Source: Gemmatimonadaceae bacterium
Lineage (GTDB): Bacteria; Gemmatimonadota; Gemmatimonadetes; Gemmatimonadales; Gemmatimonadaceae
Reading direction: 5' to 3'
Assembly (NCBI GenBank): GCA_044224875.1
Contig: JBGAJQ010000001.1
Location: 96,001 to 160,000 of the forward strand
Length of the DNA: 64,000 bases
How positions within the stretch are numbered: position 1 is the first letter of the stretch; each line of letters begins with the position of its first letter. The notes under the pieces are model-generated. The model worked only from the letters and a program-made list of their open reading frames with translations, ran no database searches and was not told the origin of the DNA. This document shows positions 39,463 through 49,625 of the stretch, in pieces. A program made the position numbers and the translations under genes.

Positions 39463-39641
39463 AGCCGCACCGGTCCAGCCTTCCCGCTCACAACGTGTGG
39501 CGCGCCACTCGCCTTACATCCCTGCCGAGTGGAATGGCGACCGTCTTGGCACTAGCTCCAACCATCAGCCGTAGGCACAATCGCCAACTGATGGCACCTG
39601 AGCGCCTGGTGCGCCGCGACCAACTTCCTTGAGTGGTATTG

Positions 39642-41987
39642 ATGCTGACCCCCCCGCTGTATTCGCTCGTTCTCGCCGCCTCCCTCGCCTCCGCGCCAGT
39701 GTACCACGGCCGCACCGGATCCCGCGAAGTGGCCATCCCACGCATGGACTCGAGTGCCGTGATTGACGGCCAACTGACAGAAGGCGCGTGGCACTCCGCG
39801 GCGTTGCTGACAGGCTTCTCGCGCTACGCTCCCTCCGACGGATATGCCGCCGACGATTCCACGGAGGTGCTGGTCTGGTACTCGTCGACGGCGATCCACT
39901 TCGGGATCCGTGCGTTTGCCGAGGCCGGCGCGGTTCGCGCGACGCTATCGGATCGCGACAAGATGTTTGGGGATGACTACGTAGGGATATTCCTGAGCAC
40001 GTTCAACGATGGGCGCCAGGCGCTCGTGTTTGGCGCAAACCCGTTAGGCGTCCAGGGCGACGGCATCATGGTGGAGAGCGGGCGGTCAAATGGCAGCGGG
40101 TTCTCGGGTCCTTCCATCGGACGCGAACCCGTCGACGTCAGTCCCGACTTCGTGTACCAATCGAAGGGGCATGTCACCGCACACGGGTACGAGATCGAGA
40201 TTCGCATCCCGTTCAAGAGCCTGAAGTACCAGTCGGCCGACCCGCAGACGTGGGGCATTCAGGTGCTGCGCAAGTCGCAGAGCCGCGGCTTCGAGTACAC
40301 GTGGACGCCGGCGCAGCGTGCGGCCGCCTCGTTCCTGCAACAGTCGGGTCACCTTGTAGGGCTCACGCAATTGAGCCGCGGACTGGTGCTAGACGTGAAT
40401 CCGGTGGTTACACAGCATTGGGAGGGCGTACGAAGCGCCGACGGCTTCAGTCGCGACGCGGAGGATCCCAAGGTCGGTGCCAACCTGCGATGGGGCATCA
40501 CCAACAACATCACGTTGAGCGGAACGATCCGACCAGACTTCGCTGAGGTGGAATCGGATGCCGGACAGTTTGTGTTCGACCCACGGGCGGCGCTGTTCTT
40601 TCCCGAAAAGCGTCCATTCTTCCTCGAGGGAAGTGAACAGTTCGAAACCCCCGGCGGGTTGGTATACACACGGCGCATCGTCAGCCCGCTGGTCGCAACG
40701 AAAGTGACCGGGAAGTTGGCGGGGACCAACATCGCCTTTCTTTCGGCGATCGACGATCGCGTGGCATCGGCCACACAACAGGACCATCCGGTCTTCAACA
40801 TCCTGCGCGTCAAACGCGACCTTGGGTCCTCATCGCGCGTCGGGTTGGTGCTGACGGATCGGGAAGACGGGGCACGCAGCAACCGGGTGGGGGGTGGTGA
40901 CTTTCGCTACGTCTTCGGGAAGATCTACAGTCTCTCTACCGTGGCCGCGGTGAGTCGCACTGCGGCGCCCAATGTGGCAACCAAAACCGCGCCGATGTGG
41001 GCCACGACGTTGGCTCGTGCCGGCCGCACCTTTGGCGCGCGCTACAACTTTTCAGGCATTCACGACGACTTCCGTGCGTCGTCGGGTTTCATCAGCCGTG
41101 GGGCCATCGCCCATGCGAACGCGCAGCACAGCCTCACGTGGTATGGAGAGAAGGGCGGGTTCCTGCAGAGCGTCACGGGCGACGTCAACCTCGACGACAC
41201 TTGGGACTTCCAGAACTTCGTCCACAGTGGCGACGCCATTGAAAAGAAGCTGCACTTCAACACGAACTACCAGTTGCGCGGTGGCTGGCACGCGGGGGCG
41301 TCGCTCCTACTCGAGAAGTTCGGCTTCGATCCCGCGTTCTATGCTCCGTATGCGATCGAGCGACACGTGGGTGGCACCGTCGACACGGTCGCATTCACTG
41401 GCCAGCCCCGGATCCCGAATCGAGACTATGTGCTCTCGCTCGACAGCCCGCAGTTCCAGCACTTCGCGTTCAACGTGTTCTACCTGTGGGGCCACGACGA
41501 GAACTTCTACGAATGGGCGCCCGCGGACATCGGCTTCCTGTCGCTCGGCCTCACCTGGCGGCCCACTGGCCAGCTGCGCATGGAGAGTACCTACAACTAT
41601 CAGTACTACAAGCGACGCACGGATGGCACCACGGTGGGCAGCGGCCGCATCCCTCGGGTGAAGCTGGAGTACCAGGTGGCGCGTTCCATCTTCGTGCGCG
41701 CGGTGGGGCAATACAACGCACAGTTCCAGGACGACTTGCGGGATGACTCACGCACCAACGATCCGCTGCTGATCAAGAACCGCCAGGGAACCTACGAACG
41801 CGCACTGGGCTTTTCCCAAAACTCGTTCCAAGGCGACCTGCTGTTCTCGTACCTGCCGACACCGGGGACCGTCGTCTATTTGGGTTACGGGAACATATCG
41901 AGCGAGCCGAAGGCATTCCGCTTCAGCGGCATGGAACGGCAACACGATGGCTTCTTCGTGAAGATGTCGTACCTGTTCCGAGTGTAG
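39642..41987 (+). CDS. CBM9-like + DUF5916 probable outer-membrane protein
   Basis: IDGQLTEGAW, FGANPLGVQGD, EIRIPFKSLKY, PDFAEVESD, FPEKRPFFLEG, YTRRI, and C-terminal FFVKMSYLFRV. Confidence 0.85.
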   Translation: MLTPPLYSLVLAASLASAPVYHGRTGSREVAIPRMDSSAVIDGQLTEGAWHSAALLTGFSRYAPSDGYAADDSTEVLVWYSSTAIHFGIRAFAEAGAVRATLSDRDKMFGDDYVGIFLSTFNDGRQALVFGANPLGVQGDGIMVESGRSNGSGFSGPSIGREPVDVSPDFVYQSKGHVTAHGYEIEIRIPFKSLKYQSADPQTWGIQVLRKSQSRGFEYTWTPAQRAAASFLQQSGHLVGLTQLSRGLVLDVNPVVTQHWEGVRSADGFSRDAEDPKVGANLRWGITNNITLSGTIRPDFAEVESDAGQFVFDPRAALFFPEKRPFFLEGSEQFETPGGLVYTRRIVSPLVATKVTGKLAGTNIAFLSAIDDRVASATQQDHPVFNILRVKRDLGSSSRVGLVLTDREDGARSNRVGGGDFRYVFGKIYSLSTVAAVSRTAAPNVATKTAPMWATTLARAGRTFGARYNFSGIHDDFRASSGFISRGAIAHANAQHSLTWYGEKGGFLQSVTGDVNLDDTWDFQNFVHSGDAIEKKLHFNTNYQLRGGWHAGASLLLEKFGFDPAFYAPYAIERHVGGTVDTVAFTGQPRIPNRDYVLSLDSPQFQHFAFNVFYLWGHDENFYEWAPADIGFLSLGLTWRPTGQLRMESTYNYQYYKRRTDGTTVGSGRIPRVKLEYQVARSIFVRAVGQYNAQFQDDLRDDSRTNDPLLIKNRQGTYERALGFSQNSFQGDLLFSYLPTPGTVVYLGYGNISSEPKAFRFSGMERQHDGFFVKMSYLFRV

Positions 41988-42207
41988 GTCGCCGAGCGTT
42001 CATGCGGGCCGGCGAGGGCGGGCTGCTCAGCGGCTGATGATGTGCTCGCCGGTCACCCGCGGTGCGACCCTTCCAAGGCTTTCGATTTGACCTGTGGCGT
42101 CGGCGACACCGTGCCCGTCTGGTTCGAGACGGACGGCAGGTTGGCCGTCGTGTTGAACACGCCCCATTCACTCTACGGCAATGCGCTGACCGGCGCGTTG
42201 CTTTCGC

Positions 42208-42549
42208 CTAACGTGGTGCCTTGGTCTTGTAACGGTCAGACTCGGCGAACACGTTGATCAGGCAGGTCTCCTCCGGAAACTCGGCGCTGTGCACGACGCC
42301 GCTGGGAACTTCGTGCCATTCACCAGGTCCGTAGTCCCGAGCCAGACCGTCGATCGTCAGCCGCAACTTGCCGGAGACCACCAAGCCCCACTGGGTTCCG
42401 TGCGCATGCGGCGCCGCCTTGGCGCCCGCCGGAAAGTGCAGGAACACCACCTGATGATCCGCGGCCTGCGACACCCAGCCGCGGACCCCGGCATGGGACA
42501 CCGCGGCTTCGGGTAGGACGTCAACGAATGAAGGGAACGGATTCGGCAT
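42208..42549 (-). CDS. Cupin domain protein
   Basis: PHAHGTQWGLVVSG and VPSGVVHSA cupin motifs. Confidence 0.85.
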   Translation of the reverse strand: MPNPFPSFVDVLPEAAVSHAGVRGWVSQAADHQVVFLHFPAGAKAAPHAHGTQWGLVVSGKLRLTIDGLARDYGPGEWHEVPSGVVHSAEFPEETCLINVFAESDRYKTKAPR

Positions 42550-42630
42550 TCCGCGGAGCTCTAGGGGGAAGACTAGTCGTACGCCTCATAGCCGGCTGAC
42601 CGGCGCAGACACTACGTCTGCCTGCAGACG

Positions 42631-43134
42631 CTACATCGCCTTTCGAACGGCGGCGTCGATGTCCTGATCCGAGCCAACCCCAGTGTAGACGACAGTGCCC
42701 TTCGAATTAACAACCACGATGTATGACGTCGCTGGTACCTCATAGGCATCGGCTGCGAATCCCTTCTTGTCCCAGACGATGTCCTGCGCCATTCCGTGCT
42801 TGTCCTTGTATGCCTTGACGCGCTCCACCGACTGGTTCACGGACACGGCGACCGCCACAAACTTCATCTTGCCGCCGTACTTCTTCATCGCGGCGTCAAT
42901 GCGTGGCTCCAATGCCTTGCAGTTCGAACACCACGTCGCCCAGAACTGGATCAACACCGGGCTCTTGCCGACGTACGCACTCAGGTCCGTCGGCTTTCCA
43001 TCCAACGTTTCCACGGCCGCCGAAGGGGCCGGCGCGCCGATGGCGATCCCCGAGTCCTGTGCACCGGCTCTGGCGCCAATTCCAGTCATCGCCATCGACC
43101 CGAAGATTGCACCGATCAACCACGCCGTCTTCAT
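42631..43134 (-). CDS. TlpA/ResA family thiol-disulfide oxidoreductase
   Basis: Signal peptide; FWATWCSNC; YEVPAT. ATGA-coupled to ccdA. Confidence 0.9.
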   Translation of the reverse strand: MKTAWLIGAIFGSMAMTGIGARAGAQDSGIAIGAPAPSAAVETLDGKPTDLSAYVGKSPVLIQFWATWCSNCKALEPRIDAAMKKYGGKMKFVAVAVSVNQSVERVKAYKDKHGMAQDIVWDKKGFAADAYEVPATSYIVVVNSKGTVVYTGVGSDQDIDAAVRKAM

Positions 43135-43844
43135 ATGAGCACCTGTCCCATTTTCACCAAGTAATACTCGGCGACGCCGAGCATGACGACACCAAAGATA
43201 CGCTTGACGCGAACCATCCACAGGCCAGCACGTGGCATCCGTGACAGTGTACCGCTGGACGCGCCAATGACGACGAGCAGCCCACACATGCCGAGCGAGA
43301 ACGTGAAGAGATAGATAAACCCCAGTGCCGCACTTTTGGTCTGCGTCACCCACGTGAGCACCGCGGCCATGACCGGAGCAGAACAGGGGGCCGCGACCAA
43401 TCCGGAGACGGCCCCCATGAGGAAGACACCGGACCAGCGCCCACCACGGCCCGCACGGCTCGCCCATTCCAACGTGGACGCCGGTAGCTGGATCGTAAAG
43501 ACATCCAGCATCGCCAAGCCTGCCAGCACGAGGACGTTGGCTTGGAGGAAATACAGCCACGGATTTGAGCTGACGGTACCAAACATGGTACCGGACATGC
43601 CGGCGAAGAGACCAAGTGAGGCATACACGAGTGCCAAACCCAGTGCATACGTGAGCGACAAGAGCAATGGTCGCCAGCGTCCACGCGGGGCGGTCGCGCT
43701 CTCACCACCGACAATCGCCGCCGTGATCGGGATCATCGGGTAAATGCACGGCGTGAAGCTCGTGAGCAGTCCGGCGAAGAACAGCAGAGGAATCGCTGCG
43801 GCGGGATTCGTACTGAGGTGTCCGGCCAAGTTGGAGAAGTCCAT
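43131..43844 (-). CDS. ccdA: CcdA/DsbD-beta transmembrane electron transfer protein
   Basis: SFTPCIYPMIP and AAPCSAP redox cysteines; about 6 TM helices. Confidence 0.9.
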   Translation of the reverse strand: MDFSNLAGHLSTNPAAAIPLLFFAGLLTSFTPCIYPMIPITAAIVGGESATAPRGRWRPLLLSLTYALGLALVYASLGLFAGMSGTMFGTVSSNPWLYFLQANVLVLAGLAMLDVFTIQLPASTLEWASRAGRGGRWSGVFLMGAVSGLVAAPCSAPVMAAVLTWVTQTKSAALGFIYLFTFSLGMCGLLVVIGASSGTLSRMPRAGLWMVRVKRIFGVVMLGVAEYYLVKMGQVLI

Positions 43845-43928
43845 GACGTCGCAGTGTGCTGGGTCAGTCTCGAATCGCGCGCATCCAAGGATGACTCCCG
43901 GAGCATGCGCGCGGGAGCCCCAAGAGCG

Positions 43929-46259
43929 CTATCGCCGGAACTGGTACGCGAGCTTGAGAAACAAACCGTCCGAGGCACGCTGAAGACTCGAGGGTCGTGA
44001 GCCGTCCACGGCCTCCGGACGATCCAGCAGGCTTCCATAGCCAATGAACGCTACGGTGCCAGGGCGCGGTTCAAACGACACCAGCCAATCGGTGCGCAAT
44101 GACGAGCGGGACCGATCGCCGATAGGCGTTCCATCGATGTTCAACAGCTGGCTGTGCGTGACGGCACTCATCGGTGCCGCGATTTCTTCGGATCGGTACT
44201 CGCCTATCACGCGGAAGAACAGGGAGCGCGTCGGCTGATACTCCAGCTTCAGCCGCGGCAGCACGGTGCGCGAATACTGCGAGGCATCGTGGGATCGCGT
44301 GATTCGAGCCACGACAAGCTGACCCTCGGCGCGCAGGCTGGCAGATGGTCGAACGCCGCCAGTCACGGTAATCCGGCTGGTATTGCCTTCGGCGCCCTCA
44401 GAGAAGATTGGCACCTGGCCGATCAGCGCACTGCCACCAAAGTTGAACGTCTTGAGGATCGGCGAGTTGAACCCTAACGAGAGCGTCGTCAGGCCAGACA
44501 CCTTGCTGGGCGGTACGTAGGGGAGCACACCTTGTGCGCCACGTCGCTCGTAGAGACCATCGGCGAACGCTGGGTCGATCTCGAAAAAGTCGTGGCTGAG
44601 CGTCGTCGATGTACTCCAACCACCGCGCAGGTTCACAAAACCGGAGATGGATTCATTCCCCTCGATCGGTGCACTACGGAACATGTCGCCGTACCGCCAG
44701 ATGCGCGTTGGCCCGCCAAAGGCAAACATGTTCTGGACCAGCGATCGCTCCGATCCGAACCAAGCCAGCCGGTTGAACCCGTGCGCCGACTGAATGTTGA
44801 TCCTCGGTACGAAGCCGGCATCGCTTTGGAACGAATCCCCAATACCGGTCACCGAGTAGTTGAACCCCCAAATGTGCCCAGTGCGATCGAACTCCGCTTT
44901 CCAAACGGGTGAGCTGCTCGACGATGACCCGGGTCGCTGCGACACCGAATACCCGAGTTGCGATTCGATGTAGTACAACTTCTGGAACACCACACGAGTG
45001 TCGGCCGCGATGACGGTATTCGTCGTATCGTGATTGCGACGATCGGTGACGGTAATCCCAGCCACCGAGCTTCCACCAAAGTCCGTACGAAGCCGAGCAA
45101 CGTTGAACAGGGCCTTGCTGTCGCGAGCGCCTGCCGGTTTCACGTCGTCCAGGGCTGACAGGTAGGCAATTCCAAGACGGCCGAGCTTACCCGTCACCTT
45201 TCCGCCAGCGAGCGGCGTACCGATGCGCCGGGTGTATACGAGCTGGTTGGGTGTGCTGAAGAGTTCGATACCCTCCAGAAAGAACGGGCGCTTCTCCGGG
45301 ATGAACAGGGCAAACCGTTCATTCACAGTCACGAGTCCGACGTCAGCTTCAACCTGCGAAAAGTCTGGACGAATCGTTGCGTCCAGTGACATCGCGGAAA
45401 AACCGAGACGTACGTTGGCGCCAACCTTCGTTACGGGGTCCTCGTAGGCATAGGTCCCGTCCGTCGGGTCGCGAGCACCATCGTACGAAGACGTCAGGAA
45501 TGGCTGTACTTCCGTCACCATGCCGCGATCGACGTTCGCGATCCCGACCAGCGTCCCGGATTGCTGTAGAAAAGAGTTGGTGGCCTGTCGCGCGTTCGTC
45601 CACGTGTCGGACTTTCCCGTCGCTGGCGAGTCGCGCTGGATGTTGATTCCCCACTGCTGCGGCTGCGTGGACGGGAACCGCAAGCTCTTGAACGGGATCC
45701 GGATTTCGATGGTGTATCCCGAGTCGGAAACCGTGCCGCGCGAATCGAACTGGTAGTCGGGGCTGTAGTCTGTGCTACCACCGAACATGTTGCCGGCGCC
45801 GGCCGATCCTTCCGTGCGCACACCATCCAACTGAACGCCTAACGCGTTCGATCCAAAGATGAAGGCGCGCCGCTTGTCGTTGAAGGTGTCCAGGAAAATG
45901 GCGATGCGGTCGTCGTTCGAGATATTGTCGCGCTTTGAGAGCGTAGCACTCACGGCACGGCCACGAACGCGAGCGATGACGCCGAAGTAAATGGCGCGCG
46001 GCGTGTAGAACACACGCACTTCCGTCGACTCGTCGGCGGCGAGCCCATCCAGTGGCTGGTACTGACTAAACGAGGTGAGCCTTGCCGCGCGGACCCAAGG
46101 CAGTTCGTCTATGCGCCCGTCGATTACGATGTCGGACTCGGTTCGGGGCACGGAGACGGCCGGCCTACTACTTCCGGGATAGGTGTCCGGAGCGGACGTG
46201 ACAGGCGCGGCGGTCGACGCCTGGAGCACCAACAGGAGGTTGAGGGCCGAGCCAATCAT
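43929..46259 (-). CDS. CBM9-like + DUF5916 probable outer-membrane protein (paralog of 39642..41987)
   Basis: IDGRIDELPW, EIRIPFKSLRF, PDFSQVEAD, PEKRPFFLEG, and C-terminal LFLKLAYQFRR. Confidence 0.85.
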   Translation of the reverse strand: MIGSALNLLLVLQASTAAPVTSAPDTYPGSSRPAVSVPRTESDIVIDGRIDELPWVRAARLTSFSQYQPLDGLAADESTEVRVFYTPRAIYFGVIARVRGRAVSATLSKRDNISNDDRIAIFLDTFNDKRRAFIFGSNALGVQLDGVRTEGSAGAGNMFGGSTDYSPDYQFDSRGTVSDSGYTIEIRIPFKSLRFPSTQPQQWGINIQRDSPATGKSDTWTNARQATNSFLQQSGTLVGIANVDRGMVTEVQPFLTSSYDGARDPTDGTYAYEDPVTKVGANVRLGFSAMSLDATIRPDFSQVEADVGLVTVNERFALFIPEKRPFFLEGIELFSTPNQLVYTRRIGTPLAGGKVTGKLGRLGIAYLSALDDVKPAGARDSKALFNVARLRTDFGGSSVAGITVTDRRNHDTTNTVIAADTRVVFQKLYYIESQLGYSVSQRPGSSSSSSPVWKAEFDRTGHIWGFNYSVTGIGDSFQSDAGFVPRINIQSAHGFNRLAWFGSERSLVQNMFAFGGPTRIWRYGDMFRSAPIEGNESISGFVNLRGGWSTSTTLSHDFFEIDPAFADGLYERRGAQGVLPYVPPSKVSGLTTLSLGFNSPILKTFNFGGSALIGQVPIFSEGAEGNTSRITVTGGVRPSASLRAEGQLVVARITRSHDASQYSRTVLPRLKLEYQPTRSLFFRVIGEYRSEEIAAPMSAVTHSQLLNIDGTPIGDRSRSSLRTDWLVSFEPRPGTVAFIGYGSLLDRPEAVDGSRPSSLQRASDGLFLKLAYQFRR

Positions 46260-46566
46260 GCGCGTGAAGAGAGGGAAACGCCGGAGGGGCGGGTATAGGA
46301 ACGTAATGGCCTGTCCACGAAAGGCTCAACTTGCTCGGCCTCAACGTGTTAGGGGCCGCGGCCGCTGAGAGCCGCCTCGCCGAGCCATGTCGTTCGCCCC
46401 AAACGCCTGCATTACATTTGGAAGTGCAAGGAAGAAGGTGGCTCATGAGTCCGGCACTGGGGTAGTCGTTCCAGCCCCAACGCGCGCTGAACCTGAGCCG
46501 CGCGACCGTGCCCGCCCTCACAGCCGAGCGGCGCCGGCGCACCGTTCTTTCCGAGCTAGGAGGACC

Positions 46567-48834
46567 ATGCGCCTTTCGCTTCGATTCATCGTTCCGCTGC
46601 TCCTAGTGCTTGCCGCGGTGGCCTATGCCGTCGTGCCACTCGTAGACCGCCTCACGCTCCGGTGGTTTACGCGCGACCTCGACATGCGCGCCAACCTGAT
46701 CGCGTCAACGGTGGAGGACCCGGTCCAGGACCTGATCCATGCAGGAAACAGGAATCGAGTCCTCCAGTTCTTCGCGAAGGTCACGCAGGACGAGCGCCTG
46801 TACGCCATCGGATACTGTCCATCTCCCGATGACGAGCCCGTCGCCACGTCGTCGCTTCCGCCGGAAATCAATTGTCGTACGCTGGATCGGTTTGACGTAC
46901 CGGATCCGTCGGAGCACTTGCTGAAGAGCCCTCGAGGCCCGCTGCTCGTCTCCGTTCGACAGATTGCAACCGATGGCGCACCGTCTGGCAGGATCGTGCT
47001 CGTACACGACTTGAGCTTTGTAGCACGCCGCAGCGCCGAGACGAGAGAGTACCTCTTCTATTTCTTCATCGCGTTGGCGATCACGATTTCGCTGATCACC
47101 GTTGTGGTAGCTCAGTTGAGCTGGCGAGGGTGGGTCCACGGGTTGCGCGCCTTGCTGCGCGGCGAAGGACTTCTTCGGCCGGCGGACAAGTCCGACCGAC
47201 CCGAGCTGCGTCCCATCGCTCGCGATCTTCGGGCCTTGATTCAGGACATCCAGTCCGAACATCGGTCGCGCGAGGACGAGCACATGATTTGGGGGCCAGA
47301 TGAGTTGCGCGCGTTTCTCCACGGGGACCTGCGCGGGCAGGAAGTGATCGTGGTCTCCAATCGCGAGCCGTACATGCACGTGCGGCAAGGGAGCCAAATC
47401 GTCGTGCAGCGTCCGGCGAGCGGTCTCGTCACCGCGCTCGAACCTATCATGCGCGCCTGTTCGGGGACCTGGATCGCGCACGGGTCAGGTTCCGCCGACC
47501 GCCGGGTGGTAGATCGTCACGATCGCGTCGGTGTTCCTCGCGAGCATCCCGCGTATCAAATCCGACGCATCTGGCTAACGGCGGCCGAGGAGGCGGGCTA
47601 TTACTACGGATTCGCCAACGAAGGGTTGTGGCCGCTCTGTCACATCGCGCACGTTCGGCCCACGTTTCGATCCTCGGATTGGGCGCAATATGTGGCGGTG
47701 AACCAGAAGTTCGCCGATGCGGTGGCAGACGAAGCCACGTCTTCGGACCCGATCGTGTTGGTGCAGGACTATCACTTTGCGCTCCTCCCGCGACTCGTGC
47801 GACAGCAGCTTCCAGCTGCAACCATCATCGCGTTCTGGCACATTCCATGGCCCAACCCGGAGGCGTTCGGGATCTGCCCGTGGAGGGAAGAGCTACTGGA
47901 CGGCATGCTGGGGTCCAGCATCCTCGGCTTCCACACGCAGTATCACTGCAACAATTTCGTGGACACGGTGGATCGCTTGCTCGAGGCACGTGTTGACCGC
48001 GAAACGTTCACGGTGTCATACCGCGGCGAACCGACTGCCGTGAAGCGGTATCCAATCTCCGTCGACTGGCCGGCGTCCCCGGATGTGACGGCAAAAACGG
48101 TGACCGAGTGTCGCAAGGACGTTCGTCAGCGGCATCGACTCCCGGCGCGCCACGCGATCGGTGTTGGGGTCGATCGCCTGGACTACACCAAGGGCATTGA
48201 GGAGCGACTGCGCGCCGTACAGCGCTTTCTGGAGATGCATCCGGAATGGATCGGCAAGTTCACGTTCATCCAGATCGCCGCCCCAACGCGTTCCGTGATC
48301 GAGCAGTATCAGGCGTAAGAAGCACGGGTACGGGCGCTGGTGTCGTCCATCAACGCCGAGTTCAGCGATGCCGAGTATCCGCCGGTCATCCTGCACTTGG
48401 AACATCACGAGCCGCGCGAAGTCTATGAGTACTATCGAGCCGCCGAATTGTGCTTCGTCAGCTCATTGCACGATGGCATGAACCTGGTTGCGAAGGAGTT
48501 TGTGGTGGCGCGCGATGACGAGCGCGGAGTGCTGGTGCTGAGTCAATTCACGGGTGCGGCGCGTGAGCTCCCCGAGGCCATCATTGTGAATCCGTATGAC
48601 GCCGAGGAGTGCGCGCAGGCGTTGTACCTGTCGCTGACAATGGCGGAACAGGAGCAGCGGGCGCGCATGCGCCTCATGCGCAGCTTGGTGCGCGAGTTCA
48701 ATGTGTACCGATGGGCGGGCCGCATGCTGGCGGACGCGGCCACCGTTCGGAGGCGTTCCCGATTGATCGAGCGCTTTGAGTTCCCATTGCGGTTGCGCAG
48801 CAAGCATCGCTATCACCCCGCGCGCGTGACATGA
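46567..48834 (+). pseudogene. otsA: Trehalose-6-phosphate synthase (GT20) with N-terminal membrane domain, interrupted by an in-frame TAA at 48316-48318
   Basis: AGGA RBS; VSNREPY, LWPLCH, VQDYH, FWHIPWP, VDRLDYTKGI. After the TAA the same frame continues EARVRALVSSIN..SSLHDGMNLVAKEF..VNPYD. Confidence 0.85.
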
Positions 48835-49625
48835 CGGCGCGCCAGCCCGCCTCGCGACGACGGCGTGCCGAACTGCCGGCGCCGTCTCCCGCGTGGGCCC
48901 ACTTCTTCGACCTGGATGGGACCCTCGTGGAGATCGCTTCGACGCCATCGAAGGTGCATCCCGATCACGAGCTACTCGGCTTGATCGAGCGGCTTCATGC
49001 GGCGTCACACGGAGCGCTGGCGCTGATCACCGGTCGATCGATTGCCGACATCGACCGACTGTTTCCAGACATGCGATTACCTGTGGCGGGGCAACATGGC
49101 GTGGAGCGCCGAGACGCTGCCGGTCGCATGATACGACACTCGTATCCGGCCCACGCCTTGGACGACGCACGCCGCGAGCTCACCGACGTGACCCATCGCT
49201 TTCCGCAACTTCTGCTCGAAGACAAGGGCATGACCCTCGCACTTCACTACCGCCGCGCGCCCCAACTTGCCGGATTCTGCCACCGCGTCATGCACACGCT
49301 TCAGCTGCAACTCGGTGATGCGTACAGCGTCCAGGCCGGCAAACGGGTGGTGGAGCTCAAACCCATGGGAAAGGACAAGGGCATCGCGGTGCTCGAGTTC
49401 ATGAACGAAGAGCCTTTTCGGGGACGCACCCCCGTGTTCATCGGTGACGACGCGACCGATGAGTACGGGTTCGCCGTGATCAATCGCCTACGTGGGTACT
49501 CAGTGAAGGTCGGCGGCGGTCGCACGGTGGCGCAGTGGCGACTGGCTGATGTGAGGACGGTGCGCGAGTGGCTGGCGCAGGAGTTCATTCCGCATACAGG
49601 CTTGCGCTACGCGTCTGCGCCATGA
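48831..49625 (+). CDS. otsB: Trehalose-6-phosphate phosphatase (HAD)
   Basis: FFDLDGTL, ITGRS, ALHYR, DKGIAV, FIGDDATDE. Confidence 0.93.
   Translation: MTARQPASRRRRAELPAPSPAWAHFFDLDGTLVEIASTPSKVHPDHELLGLIERLHAASHGALALITGRSIADIDRLFPDMRLPVAGQHGVERRDAAGRMIRHSYPAHALDDARRELTDVTHRFPQLLLEDKGMTLALHYRRAPQLAGFCHRVMHTLQLQLGDAYSVQAGKRVVELKPMGKDKGIAVLEFMNEEPFRGRTPVFIGDDATDEYGFAVINRLRGYSVKVGGGRTVAQWRLADVRTVREWLAQEFIPHTGLRYASAP

Noticed and set aside
48316..48318. Sec/Pyl recoding or an alternative genetic code at the otsA stop
   Set aside because: The codon is TAA, not TGA or TAG, and TAA terminates other genes in this window normally.
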